Assembly: GCA_009787175.1 (NCBI GenBank)
Contig: WRGM01000173.1
Coordinates: forward strand, 1-37,405
DNA from: Candidatus Bathycorpusculum fermentans
GTDB lineage: Archaea; Thermoproteota; Bathyarchaeia; Bathyarchaeales; Bathycorpusculaceae
Length of the DNA: 37,405 nt
Direction of reading: 5' to 3'
The translations under genes and the position numbers were made by a program. The notes under the pieces are model-generated. The model saw only the letters and a list, made by a program, of their open reading frames with translations, ran no database searches and was not told the origin of the DNA. Positions 1 to 9,055 of the stretch are shown here, piece after piece. Position 1 is the first letter of the stretch, and each line of letters begins with the position of its first letter.

Positions 1-129
1 GATGTTATGACGGATATAGTGTGTGGTCTGACTAATTTTTGTATATTTGGTACTCTAACAGTTTAAAAACCTGACTAGGTGCTCATAAACTCCATTAAAA
101 ACGCCAAAAACAATAAGGACTAAGGTCTA
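1..129 (+). mobile_element. 3' end of an IS5-family (ISL2/DDE_Tnp_4-like) element: transposase C-terminal tail (1..66) and probable right end
   Basis: Frame 1 reads DVMTDIVCGLTNFCIFGTLTV-stop, resembling the D-x4-IVxGLxN tail of DDE_Tnp_4 transposases. AGGTCTA at 123-129 is the reverse complement of a TAGAC(C/T)T-type end, similar to the end at 36692. Only 21 codons are visible. Confidence 0.5.
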
Positions 130-342
130 ATATACGAAGACCCAGACTACCCTGTTTCAGGAAGGTATAATCGCGTTTACTATTGGAACCAAGAATAACA
201 AAAAATATCTCCAACTTTTTTTAGCCATTAAATACCTGATGATTATCTGCAAGTATATAGGAGATAACATGGAGTGGCGGTTAGAAGTACATGTGCAAGT
301 GGCTTTTGGTTTATTTATGATATATTATGGTGGTCATTGGTT

Positions 343-1098
343 TTATGTTTTAAAGTTTAGTTTTTTGGGGTTAAATACTATGAATTTTGTGTTGCGCATG
401 TAGCGGCCTATTCTTGAGATAAGACCGGTGGCGTCTGTTCCTAGTTTACAGACGAGTACCTGTTCGAATAGCCCTAGTGAGTCTGTACTTATAACATCGC
501 GATTTAATCGTGTGCGTTCAAGTGTTGAGGTAACCTCGTCAGGGGTAGTACCTAAAAGTATAAGTCGGTCTAAAAGGGAATCTCTCCAGTTTTTGAACAT
601 TGACACCTGTGTTACTGAGAGTTCTGCGTCAAGTGTGTTTGCAGTTGTAGGTGTATTATTAATTTTGATGCTGATGGGTAAATCGGCGTTTAATGCGTAT
701 AGTTCGGCAATTTTTTTGAGTGGTATGTCTTTTCCGTCTAACAGTTGGGTCTGTATGGTCGCAAGAGGGATATGTGCGTAGATTGTTTTTGGCTCTAATA
801 TGCCGATGTCAACTGTTAATATTTCATTGTTGGTTATTTTTTGAATATACCCTTTCAATTCAGAGCCTGTAGAAATTTCGTCTAGGCTATTTGGGCATAT
901 GCCGATTTGTTTTGCTATGTAATTTTTAGCGACGGTTTCGTCTTCGCCTATTACTTCTACTTTTACCCACTTGTTAACTGGGTTGCCTATGATTTGTATT
1001 TGAGCGTCTAAGTCTTCAAATGTTAGCTGTAGGGATTCTTCTATCTGTCTTAGTTGTCCTTTATTGTATGCTTTAGTAAATAATGTTAATATGACCAT
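343..1098 (-). CDS. DUF2110 family protein
   Basis: 251 aa; WVxVxxxGEDExVAxNY, VDIG and CKLGTDAxGL motifs; lies in the conserved archaeal tfe-HD-DUF2110 cluster. Confidence 0.8.
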   Translation of the reverse strand: MVILTLFTKAYNKGQLRQIEESLQLTFEDLDAQIQIIGNPVNKWVKVEVIGEDETVAKNYIAKQIGICPNSLDEISTGSELKGYIQKITNNEILTVDIGILEPKTIYAHIPLATIQTQLLDGKDIPLKKIAELYALNADLPISIKINNTPTTANTLDAELSVTQVSMFKNWRDSLLDRLILLGTTPDEVTSTLERTRLNRDVISTDSLGLFEQVLVCKLGTDATGLISRIGRYMRNTKFIVFNPKKLNFKT

Positions 1099-1100
1099 TT

Positions 1101-1625
1101 TTATCTCTCGAGCAGGTTAGTTATTTCGTTGTAGAGTTTTCTAACTCTTTCGGCGGCGTCGTCTAGTTTTTGGTCGTGTAATTGTTTTATTGTTGTTTCC
1201 ACAGAAATACGGTCGTTGCCGCTTATGCATTTGTCGGCGTAGCAGACGATTTTTTCTTCTAATGTTTGAGGTATATAGTTGTCTTTGGGCCAATTGAGTT
1301 TGTCTGCTTCTTCCGCTGTTATGCCTGCGCCTACGTGTCGTTTAATGATGCAGACTACTGTGTCGGGTAATTTTTCGGTTTGTGCGAGTTTCATACCTTC
1401 AATTGCATGGTTTACGCTGTGATTTTTAGAGCGACCAAGGTCATGTAAAAGTGCGCCTGCTTCGATTAGGGTTAGGTTAACAGGATAGTTTTTTGTTTTA
1501 AATTCTTCGGCTATTTCAAGAGCTAATGAGGCTACTGCTTGGCAGTGTGTTATTACTTTGGGTGAGCAGCTGTTTTTTTGTAGGATTTCTATGGCTTGCT
1601 CCCTGTTTGGAAGCTGGTTATTCAC
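1101..1625 (-). CDS. HD-domain (HDIG, TIGR00295-like) metal-dependent phosphohydrolase
   Basis: H...LLHDLGR...H...RHVGAGI...EEKIVCYADK motifs; overlaps the tfe stop. Confidence 0.9.
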   Translation of the reverse strand: MNNQLPNREQAIEILQKNSCSPKVITHCQAVASLALEIAEEFKTKNYPVNLTLIEAGALLHDLGRSKNHSVNHAIEGMKLAQTEKLPDTVVCIIKRHVGAGITAEEADKLNWPKDNYIPQTLEEKIVCYADKCISGNDRISVETTIKQLHDQKLDDAAERVRKLYNEITNLLER

Positions 1626-2136
1626 CTAGTTCCTTCCTTAGAAGTGTGACTTTTTCTGAGAGTTTGTTTATCATTTGTTCGTTTCCAAAATGCACTAGGG
1701 GTTTGCCGCATGTGCTGCAGTGGAAGACAAGTTCTACTGCTTCTTCAAAGGGTACACGTTTGCATTCTGGGGTGTTGCAGAAGTAGAAGTCATGATTTTG
1801 TTCATACTCGAGTCGGACATTGAGTTTTTCAAGCACTCTGCGTTTTTGGCTTAATATAAAGCCTTCAAGTTGACCTGATTGGAGTTTCCAGTGGAAGATG
1901 AACCAGCCTGTTTTTGGGTCTCGTGTTCTGCGTAGGCTTACAAGTGAGTGGTCGTAGAGTTTGTAGAGGATTTTGCGGACACTGTTTAGGCGTATTCCTG
2001 TTTTGTTAGCTATTTCATCGTCTGTTATCTCATCTACGCTCTTTAAGTGTTCAATAAGTACAACGGCTTCTTCAGCTCCAAGAGCGTTAGCCACTTTCAT
2101 TAAAGTTGTATCATCGATAGTTGACAACATACTCAA
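1618..2136 (-). CDS. tfe: transcription factor E (TFE alpha)
   Basis: N-terminal wHTH (TDDEIA..TGIRLNSVRKILYKL, RDPKTGWFIFHW) plus Zn ribbon (C..C, FEEA, CSTCG). The start may be the ATG at 2130. Confidence 0.95.
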   Translation of the reverse strand: MSMLSTIDDTTLMKVANALGAEEAVVLIEHLKSVDEITDDEIANKTGIRLNSVRKILYKLYDHSLVSLRRTRDPKTGWFIFHWKLQSGQLEGFILSQKRRVLEKLNVRLEYEQNHDFYFCNTPECKRVPFEEAVELVFHCSTCGKPLVHFGNEQMINKLSEKVTLLRKELGE

Positions 2137-2193
2137 TTTTCCTTAATTACGCTGTAATAGAGGATATTGATACATAAAACTCTTCGTACACAT

Positions 2194-2784
2194 TTACGTT
2201 TTTTCTTCATTAACTTTAATGTTTTTACCATGCTGTTGTGGAATAATTTTTACTTCAGCTTTTTCGAAATCTACGGTTAACTCTTTACCTTCAAAGAAGC
2301 GGTCTAAGAAAATGGCTAACGCACTACACTCGCTATGAGGCTGATTTCCAACACCTATGTTAAAGTCAGAGATTTCTGTGCTATAGAATTCTCCGGGAAC
2401 TTTTTGGCTGCCTATTAGGAGGAGAATGTTTTTACCTGTTTCACGTATGCGGGATAAAGCGTTGCTGGTTTGAATATTTTCGCCATACACGGTTAAGTGT
2501 ACTACAATGCCGCCCTTGTTTTTCCAGTCACGGATAACGCTGCGCCAATTAAGACCCATCTGAAAAGTAAAATCGCCACCCCAATGCTTAGTGATACCTT
2601 GTACAGTTTTCTCTATAGACTTATCCTCAATGTCTGCAAGTATAAAACCTGACGCGCACATAGCACGCGCGGTTAAGGCGCAGTGAGTAGTTAACCGGGA
2701 GTCTCTATGAATACGGTGACCCCATCTTAGAACAACAATTTTTTGACTACAGTTATCAATTAACTGGTTTGGTGTATTTTCCAT
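2194..2784 (-). CDS. trm56: tRNA (cytidine(56)-2'-O)-methyltransferase, SPOUT family
   Basis: LRWGHR..RD.R.TTH.ALTARA, VHLTVYG, GSQKVP, NIGVGNQPHSE motifs. Confidence 0.95.
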   Translation of the reverse strand: MENTPNQLIDNCSQKIVVLRWGHRIHRDSRLTTHCALTARAMCASGFILADIEDKSIEKTVQGITKHWGGDFTFQMGLNWRSVIRDWKNKGGIVVHLTVYGENIQTSNALSRIRETGKNILLLIGSQKVPGEFYSTEISDFNIGVGNQPHSECSALAIFLDRFFEGKELTVDFEKAEVKIIPQQHGKNIKVNEEKT

Positions 2785-4021
2785 CTAGTTTTTCCACTTT
2801 ACTTCTTATTTGCTCAGCAATCTGAGGGTCAACTTCAAATGTTACCTCGACATGGTCACCTAAGAATTCTTCTTTTTTAACCTCAGCTTTCTTATGAACC
2901 CAAGAAAGAAAGGGCATTACCTCAGCAGTCAGCGGCACTGAAAAACTACCCTTCACATAATTTTCCAACATACGGATAATCTGAGCCTTTAGCACATCAA
3001 GATTAAGACCTTTTTTTGCTGAAATTAAAAGAGGATTTTGAACTTTACCCTTTAAGACATCAAATTTTTGCGTCACCTCCTCAGAGCTAAGTTTATCAAC
3101 TTTATTTAGCGCAGTAATTTGAGGAATACCACCAGCATCTAACCGGCTAATTGTATCCTGACAAACACCAAGCTTTTTCTCAATTAACTCAAGCGGCTCG
3201 CTTAAATCTAAAACCAAAATAATTAAGTCAGAATAAATGGTTTCCTCAAGCGTAGAATGAAAAGCCTCTATTAACGAGATAGGTAAACGATCGATAAAGC
3301 CTACAGTATCTGTTAATAAAAATTTACGGCTGGAAAACTCTACCATACGCGTCATAGTAGAAAGAGTAGTAAACAAAAACCTATCAACCATAGCGTCCGC
3401 TTCAGTTAAAGCATTAAAAAGAGTACTTTTACCAGCACTGGTATAGCCAGCCAGTGAGACAGATAGGAAACCAAGCTCTGTCCGCCGCTCCCTCTGCAAA
3501 ATACGCTTCTTACGAATAACCGTGAGCTTTTTAAGAATAGTTTGAACCTGCAATTTAATAGCATCACGATAAACATCCGCCTCATAAGCACCTAAACCCA
3601 TAAAACCCGGCTGCTCACTACCACGGCATAAGCGGACTTTTTCACGAGCATGCCTAAGCTCATTTTGCAACGTCGCCAACTGAATCTGCAACTGAGCCTC
3701 CACAGTCGTAGCACGACGAGCAAAAATCTCTAAAATAAGCTGAAACCTATCAATAATCTCAACCTTTGTAGCCTTAGCAAGATTATAATTCTGCAAAGTA
3801 CGCAAAGAATTATCAAAAATTACCCTATCAGCACCAAACTCTTTAACCATACTTGCAAGCTCTTCAACTTTCCCTGCACCAATCTGATACCTAGCATCTG
3901 GAGGTCGCGTCTGCTCAAGAACACCAACCACCGTATAACCCGCTGCCTGCGCAAGAAACTTTAACTCACCTATATTTGACGCTTCACGATTAAGACGCCT
4001 CTGAACTATGATAGCTTTCGT
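2756..4021 (-). CDS. hflX: GTPase HflX; N-terminus extends 30 codons beyond the ORF-track start at 3931
   Basis: G1 GYTSAGKS, FTTL, DTVGF, NKVD, ISAK. The open frame upstream of 3931 reads (T)KAIIVQRRLNREASNIGELKFLAQAAGYTVVG, including the HflX ELxxLAxxAGY motif. Product is certain, start less so. Confidence 0.9.
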   Translation of the reverse strand, partial: TKAIIVQRRLNREASNIGELKFLAQAAGYTVVGVLEQTRPPDARYQIGAGKVEELASMVKEFGADRVIFDNSLRTLQNYNLAKATKVEIIDRFQLILEIFARRATTVEAQLQIQLATLQNELRHAREKVRLCRGSEQPGFMGLGAYEADVYRDAIKLQVQTILKKLTVIRKKRILQRERRTELGFLSVSLAGYTSAGKSTLFNALTEADAMVDRFLFTTLSTMTRMVEFSSRKFLLTDTVGFIDRLPISLIEAFHSTLEETIYSDLIILVLDLSEPLELIEKKLGVCQDTISRLDAGGIPQITALNKVDKLSSEEVTQKFDVLKGKVQNPLLISAKKGLNLDVLKAQIIRMLENYVKGSFSVPLTAEVMPFLSWVHKKAEVKKEEFLGDHVEVTFEVDPQIAEQIRSKVEKLDGKYTKPVN

Positions 4022-4620
4022 CCCTTATGCTCCTCCGAAGAACTACCACTATCAATCTCGATAAGATCACCCAGAGTCATATCCTGATTCTTACCTGCCA
4101 CCGTAGCTGGCACAGGTTTTTCTTCCTCTATAGGCACAAGCAACGTTATCTTTAAAGCACGCTCAAGCTTGCTGGCAAGCAAGTTATTTGGCTCCATTTT
4201 ACTTAGCTCAACATGCTTTAAAACAGAAGCACGCTCATTAATCTTTAAGCCGAGTTCTTCATGAGAATAACCAAGTTTCTCCCGCGCCATACGGATTATG
4301 GCGGCATAGCCCTCAACTAGTTCTTGAGTAATTTCCACTTTCGCAACAAGATTACGCTTCTTTTGTACCATCTGTGGCTGCTGTGGCTTCTTTGCTTTAG
4401 CCGCTACTGCTTTAGCTCCTGTGGATGGAGCTAGAGTAGAATGGAGGCTACTGCCGGGTGTAACAATTAGGAAGGGTGATTTAGGCACAGGATTTTCTTC
4501 ATTAGGATAAATAGTTTTTCCATGTTTGGCACATTCGGCACAAACAGTTAATTTTGCACCTTCAATATTTACTCGAATTGGATCAACGTGAATTTTGCGT
4601 CCACAAACTTCGCATCTCAC
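4006..4620 (-). CDS. mbf1: archaeal multiprotein bridging factor 1 (Zn ribbon + HTH)
   Basis: CEVCG...EGAKLTVCAECAKHG, IRMAREKLGYSHEELG HTH, C-terminal TLGD motif. Confidence 0.93.
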   Translation of the reverse strand: MRCEVCGRKIHVDPIRVNIEGAKLTVCAECAKHGKTIYPNEENPVPKSPFLIVTPGSSLHSTLAPSTGAKAVAAKAKKPQQPQMVQKKRNLVAKVEITQELVEGYAAIIRMAREKLGYSHEELGLKINERASVLKHVELSKMEPNNLLASKLERALKITLLVPIEEEKPVPATVAGKNQDMTLGDLIEIDSGSSSEEHKGRKLS

Positions 4621-4703
4621 AGTACTTTCACCTTTAAATTATTTATTTAACATGATAAGTTTATACTTATCGAAACAAAAGGAAACTAATCACGGGAATA
4701 CAT

Positions 4704-5174
4704 ATGGAAAAACAACTTGACAAAATATGGAGCATAGCCGATTACCAATTCGGCAAAAACGTAGGCAAAAAACTATTCCCAGAAAACGTAACATTTGAAC
4801 TATCAAAACGCACAGGCAGAATACGCTTCATCAACCTAAACAAAGAACGCTTAGCAACACTAAAACCAACAGACGGCCTATTTTCCCTAAGCCTAAAAGC
4901 CGCCAAACACATAATAGAAAACATACCAGAAGCCAAAGGGCTCATCACGCTAAAAAATGAGGTCGCACAATACATTGCCGCAGGTGGCGACGTCTTCGCA
5001 GTACATGTAGTTCAAGTAGACGATGACGTTCGTGCAAAAGACGAAGTGATAATAATTGATGAAAATAGACAACTATTAGCAGTCGGACGCGCAACCCTCT
5101 CCGCACCAGAAATCCGCGCATTCAAAACAGGCGTCGCCGTTAAAGTACGACACGGCATAAACAGCAAAGAATAA
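4704..5174 (+). CDS. PUA-domain protein resembling the C-terminal region of archaeosine tRNA-guanine transglycosylase (split type)
   Basis: IADYQFG, S.RTGRIR, G.DVFA.HV, DEV, LLAVGRA, GVAVKVRHG motifs. Confidence 0.8.
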   Translation: MEKQLDKIWSIADYQFGKNVGKKLFPENVTFELSKRTGRIRFINLNKERLATLKPTDGLFSLSLKAAKHIIENIPEAKGLITLKNEVAQYIAAGGDVFAVHVVQVDDDVRAKDEVIIIDENRQLLAVGRATLSAPEIRAFKTGVAVKVRHGINSKE

Positions 5175-5358
5175 CATAGTTTAGTTTTATTTTTTACAAT
5201 TATAACCGGTTGCCTTGGTTACAAGAATGTCAATAGTAAATGGAACATATTTTGCTATAGTGTAAGAAATGGGAGTAAACAAGCTTTTTTGGTTAATAAA
5301 TGGGTTAAGTTTATGAGTTTCTTATGTTAAATACATTGTAATTGGAGTGATGTTCTGT

Positions 5359-5724
5359 ATGCATAGACGTATGAATCCTCGTGAGCAGAAGCGCATGATG
5401 CAGCGCATGGGCATGAATATGGAGAATGTTGATGAGGTTAATCAAGTTATTATAAGGACAGCCTCGAAAGATATAGTAATTGATGAACCAGAAGTTGCGA
5501 TTTTACAGGTTCAGGGGCAGAAAATGTATCAAGTTATAGGTGGGCAGGTATCTGAGCAAGCACCAGGTAAATTTGCAGCGTCAACTCCAGCAACGCCTAT
5601 ATTTACTGATGAGGATGCACAGCTAGTAGCGGATCAAACTGGTAAAAGCCTTGAGAAAGCTAAAGAGGCGCTTGAGGAATGCGGTGGCGATCTGGCAAAA
5701 GCAATTTTGCTACTTTCATCCTAA
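5359..5724 (+). CDS. nac: nascent polypeptide-associated complex protein
   Basis: MNPR..KRMMQRMGM, NAC domain, UBA-like tail ED..LVA.QTG...A..ALEE..GDLAKAI; GGAGTGA upstream of ATG 5359. Confidence 0.95.
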   Translation: MHRRMNPREQKRMMQRMGMNMENVDEVNQVIIRTASKDIVIDEPEVAILQVQGQKMYQVIGGQVSEQAPGKFAASTPATPIFTDEDAQLVADQTGKSLEKAKEALEECGGDLAKAILLLSS

Positions 5725-5874
5725 ATCTCATTTTATTTCCTTTCGTTAAACCAGTTGTTTACATCTGTTTTTCAGTTTAAAAATAGTTTGCCACCTCTTT
5801 TTTGTGGTAACTTTTCATTAGGTGGTTAAAAGTCTATAAGTTACCTTTAGGCATAGTCAACTGGAACAGTAAAA

Positions 5875-6795
5875 ATGATGACTCAAAATGGTAATGTTTG
5901 CATAGTTGGTAGTTTTTCTTTAGATTCAATTACTGTTCCGGGTCGAAAGGAGGTGTTTCATAGTTTGGGTGGTGCAGTTACTTATACTTCATTTGCAGTA
6001 AAAACTCTTGGAGAGACAGCAGGTGTTGTTTCACGTGTTGGGGGAGATCTACCGGAAGCTGACCTGTTAAGGCTGTATATGGAGGGTATTGATGTTTCTG
6101 CTGTGAAGCGTTGTGTATGGGAGACAACGGCGCGTTTTGAGCTTTGTTATAGCAGTGATTTTTCTGAGCGTATGCTCAGATTAACTTGTATGGGATATCC
6201 AATAGGTCTTGATGACATTCCACATGGTCTGCGTTCTAAGGTTATTCATGTCGCGCCGATAACAGGCGAAATTAGCTATGGAGTTGTAGAACATTTGAAG
6301 TCTTGCTGTGATAGTTTATCGCTTGATCCTCAGGGTTTTCTTAGGAGTTTTGATGAAAATGGGTATGTAACTTCAAGTTTGCAGGTAGATAAGCGGGTTT
6401 TGGGGTTAGTAGATATATGTAAAATGTCGCAGGATGAACTTTTTGTTTTGACAGGGCATTTGGATCTTAAAGGGGCGATTAAAGTAGTGCATGATGCTGG
6501 TGTGAAAGTGGTCATTGTAACTATGGGTGCTAAAGGGGCGTTGCTCTCCTTTGAAGGAGTGCAATATAATATTCCAGCTTGTCGTCCATCTGTGGTTGTT
6601 GATCCAACTGGGGCGGGGGATGTTTTTATTGGGGCTTTCTTGTCGGAGTATCTGAAGGGGAAAGAGTTATTGTGGTGTGCTTCTGCGGGTTCAGCGGCGG
6701 CGTCTTTGGTGGTTGAGGGTATTGGGTCAACGTTTTTTGGGGAAAAGCGTGAAATTGTAAGAAGAGCCATTGTTCTTTATGAAAAATTAGCTTAA
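5875..6795 (+). CDS. PfkB/ribokinase-family carbohydrate kinase
   Basis: GG motif, VTMGAKGA, VDPTGAGDVFIGAF anion-hole signature; substrate unknown. Confidence 0.9.
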   Translation: MMTQNGNVCIVGSFSLDSITVPGRKEVFHSLGGAVTYTSFAVKTLGETAGVVSRVGGDLPEADLLRLYMEGIDVSAVKRCVWETTARFELCYSSDFSERMLRLTCMGYPIGLDDIPHGLRSKVIHVAPITGEISYGVVEHLKSCCDSLSLDPQGFLRSFDENGYVTSSLQVDKRVLGLVDICKMSQDELFVLTGHLDLKGAIKVVHDAGVKVVIVTMGAKGALLSFEGVQYNIPACRPSVVVDPTGAGDVFIGAFLSEYLKGKELLWCASAGSAAASLVVEGIGSTFFGEKREIVRRAIVLYEKLA

Positions 6796-6846
6796 GCATT
6801 AAATATGCAGTTAGCTTAGTGTTTAGTAATATTGAGGTGTACTATT

Positions 6847-7053
6847 GTGGGACGTATAGATAAAGGTGAAAAGTGCAGTGTGTCTGGCTGCGGTAATGAG
6901 GCTGAGCGTTCGATTTCGGCTGATAAGGTGAAAGCGGCTGGATTGAAGGTTAATAGTGATAAGCGTGCTTATTTGTGTAAAGAGCATTATAAGGAGTATA
7001 AGAAGAAGTCTAAGAAGGATAAGCTTTTAGATAAATGGCGTCATAGGATGTAG
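6847..7053 (+). CDS. small basic zinc-finger protein of unknown function
   Basis: CSVSGC...YLCKEHY and Lys-rich tail; GAGGTG upstream of GTG 6847; 11 bp before thrS. Confidence 0.75.
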   Translation: MGRIDKGEKCSVSGCGNEAERSISADKVKAAGLKVNSDKRAYLCKEHYKEYKKKSKKDKLLDKWRHRM

Positions 7054-7064
7054 AAGGCTAGATT

Positions 7065-8978
7065 ATGCGTATTTTACAGTTACATTCTAATTTTATAAGT
7101 TATAAGCCGATTGAGAAAGAGTTGCCTCAGGCTGAAGATGTGGAGATAAGTGAGTGTCGTATAGAAGAAGTTGTTGTTTTATTTACGGCTGTTGAGGAGG
7201 GGGATGATAGGCAGGTTTCGCAGAGGGCTATTAATGAGGCGAGGGCTTTTTTGGGTAAATTGAAGGTAAACAAGATGCTCATTTATCCTTTTGCTCATTT
7301 GAGTAGTAATCTCTCTAAGCCTCAAGAGGCTTTTAATGTAATTAAAGAGATGGAAGAGTATGCAAAGCAGAAGGGTATAGAGACGTATCGTGCGCCTTTT
7401 GGTTGGAATAAGCAGTTTACGATATCTATTAAAGGTCATCCGTTAGCTGAGCAAGCTCGTTCTTATGCTCCTGAAGTGCTTAAGAAAGAAAATAGTACAG
7501 ATGAATCTGGTGTTGTATGTGGGTTAAAGAAGGAGGAGGAGCCTGTTTCTGCGGCGCTTAAAGCGGAGGATACTCTTAAGTCTTTTTGGTATATCCTTCA
7601 AGGGGATGGTTCGCTTATACCTGTTGAGGAATTTAAATTTAAAGGGCATAGTAATCTGCAGAAATTCTCTAATTATGAAATTAAGAAGACACGGGCGGTT
7701 ACTGTTATGCCGCCTCATGTTTCGTTAATGAAGCGTTTAGAGATTGCTGATTATGAGCCTGGCAGTGATCCGGGTAATGTTCGTTGGTATCCGAAGGGTC
7801 GTATGATAAAGTCATTGCTTGAGCAATATGTTACGACTCGTGTGCAGGCTTATGGAGGTATGGAAGTTGAAACTCCTCTAATGTATGATTTCCAGCATCC
7901 GAGTCTTGCGAGTTATCTTAACAGGTTTCCAGCACGTCAATATGTGCTTAAATCTGAAGATAAAGAGCTCTTTTTGCGTTTTGCAGCATGTTTTGGCCAA
8001 TTTCTTATGGCACATGATGCTCAAATAAGCTACAAGCAGTTACCCTTAAAACTTTTTGAGCTCACACGCTACAGTTTTAGGCGCGAAAAAAGCGGCGAGG
8101 TTGTCGGACTTAAACGGTTACGTGCGTTTACTATGCCAGACTGTCATGCTTTATGTGCAGATTTTGAGCAGGTAAAAAAAGAGTTCATGACACGCTTTGA
8201 TCTCTGCATAGATGTACTTGACACTATAGGTTTAGTCAAAGATGACTATGAAATTGCCATGCGGTTTACCAAAGACTTTTACGCGGAGCATAAAGAATTT
8301 CTCGCAGCTTTAGCGACAAAGTTTGGTAAGCCTATTTTAGCTGAGGTTTGGAATGAGCGTTTCTTCTATTTTGCGTTAAAGTGGGATCTGAACTTTATTG
8401 ATAATCAAGATAAGGCGGCAGCGCTTAGTACAGATCAAATTGATGTTGAGAACGCTAAGCGTTACGAGATTACGTATGTAGATGAGAAAGGTGAGAAGCA
8501 AAATCCGTTAATTTTGCATTGTAGTCCAAGTGGTGCTATTGAACGTGACATTTACGCGTTGCTTGAAAAGGCTTATCGTGAACAGATGGCAGGTAAAGCG
8601 CCTATGTTGCCAGTTTGGTTATCACCAACTCAAGTGCGCTTAATTCCAATTTCTGATAAATTCCTAGATAAAGTAGAAACATTAGCTGAACAAATTGCAG
8701 GGCACAGTATACGTGTGGATATAGATGATACTGCAGCGACATTGCAAAAGAAAATTCGTGAAGCAGAACAAGAATGGATTCCATACATCATAGTAATTGG
8801 AGAAAAAGAAATAGAGTCAGGCACATTATCAGTTAGAATCCGGGAACTTAAAGGTACACAGGAAGCCTTATCTGTTGATCAACTCGTCGTAAAAGTTTCA
8901 GAAAAAATCGTTGGCAAACCCTACAAGCCCTTACCATTACCAGTTCATCTTTCAAAACGTCCACAATTCCACGGCTGA
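7065..8978 (+). CDS. thrS: threonyl-tRNA synthetase, archaeal type with N-terminal editing domain
   Basis: MRILQLH, YPFAHLSS, RAPFGWNK.F.I..KGHPLAE editing domain; class II core LRFAACFGQF, SFRREKSGE, LHCSPSGAIER; anticodon-binding domain. Confidence 0.98.
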   Translation: MRILQLHSNFISYKPIEKELPQAEDVEISECRIEEVVVLFTAVEEGDDRQVSQRAINEARAFLGKLKVNKMLIYPFAHLSSNLSKPQEAFNVIKEMEEYAKQKGIETYRAPFGWNKQFTISIKGHPLAEQARSYAPEVLKKENSTDESGVVCGLKKEEEPVSAALKAEDTLKSFWYILQGDGSLIPVEEFKFKGHSNLQKFSNYEIKKTRAVTVMPPHVSLMKRLEIADYEPGSDPGNVRWYPKGRMIKSLLEQYVTTRVQAYGGMEVETPLMYDFQHPSLASYLNRFPARQYVLKSEDKELFLRFAACFGQFLMAHDAQISYKQLPLKLFELTRYSFRREKSGEVVGLKRLRAFTMPDCHALCADFEQVKKEFMTRFDLCIDVLDTIGLVKDDYEIAMRFTKDFYAEHKEFLAALATKFGKPILAEVWNERFFYFALKWDLNFIDNQDKAAALSTDQIDVENAKRYEITYVDEKGEKQNPLILHCSPSGAIERDIYALLEKAYREQMAGKAPMLPVWLSPTQVRLIPISDKFLDKVETLAEQIAGHSIRVDIDDTAATLQKKIREAEQEWIPYIIVIGEKEIESGTLSVRIRELKGTQEALSVDQLVVKVSEKIVGKPYKPLPLPVHLSKRPQFHG

Positions 8979-9055
8979 TATATCATGTCTATAGGGCAGA
9001 GTAAACTATATCAAACATTGAACAGTAAAGGTAAACAATTAAAATTGATTAAGAA

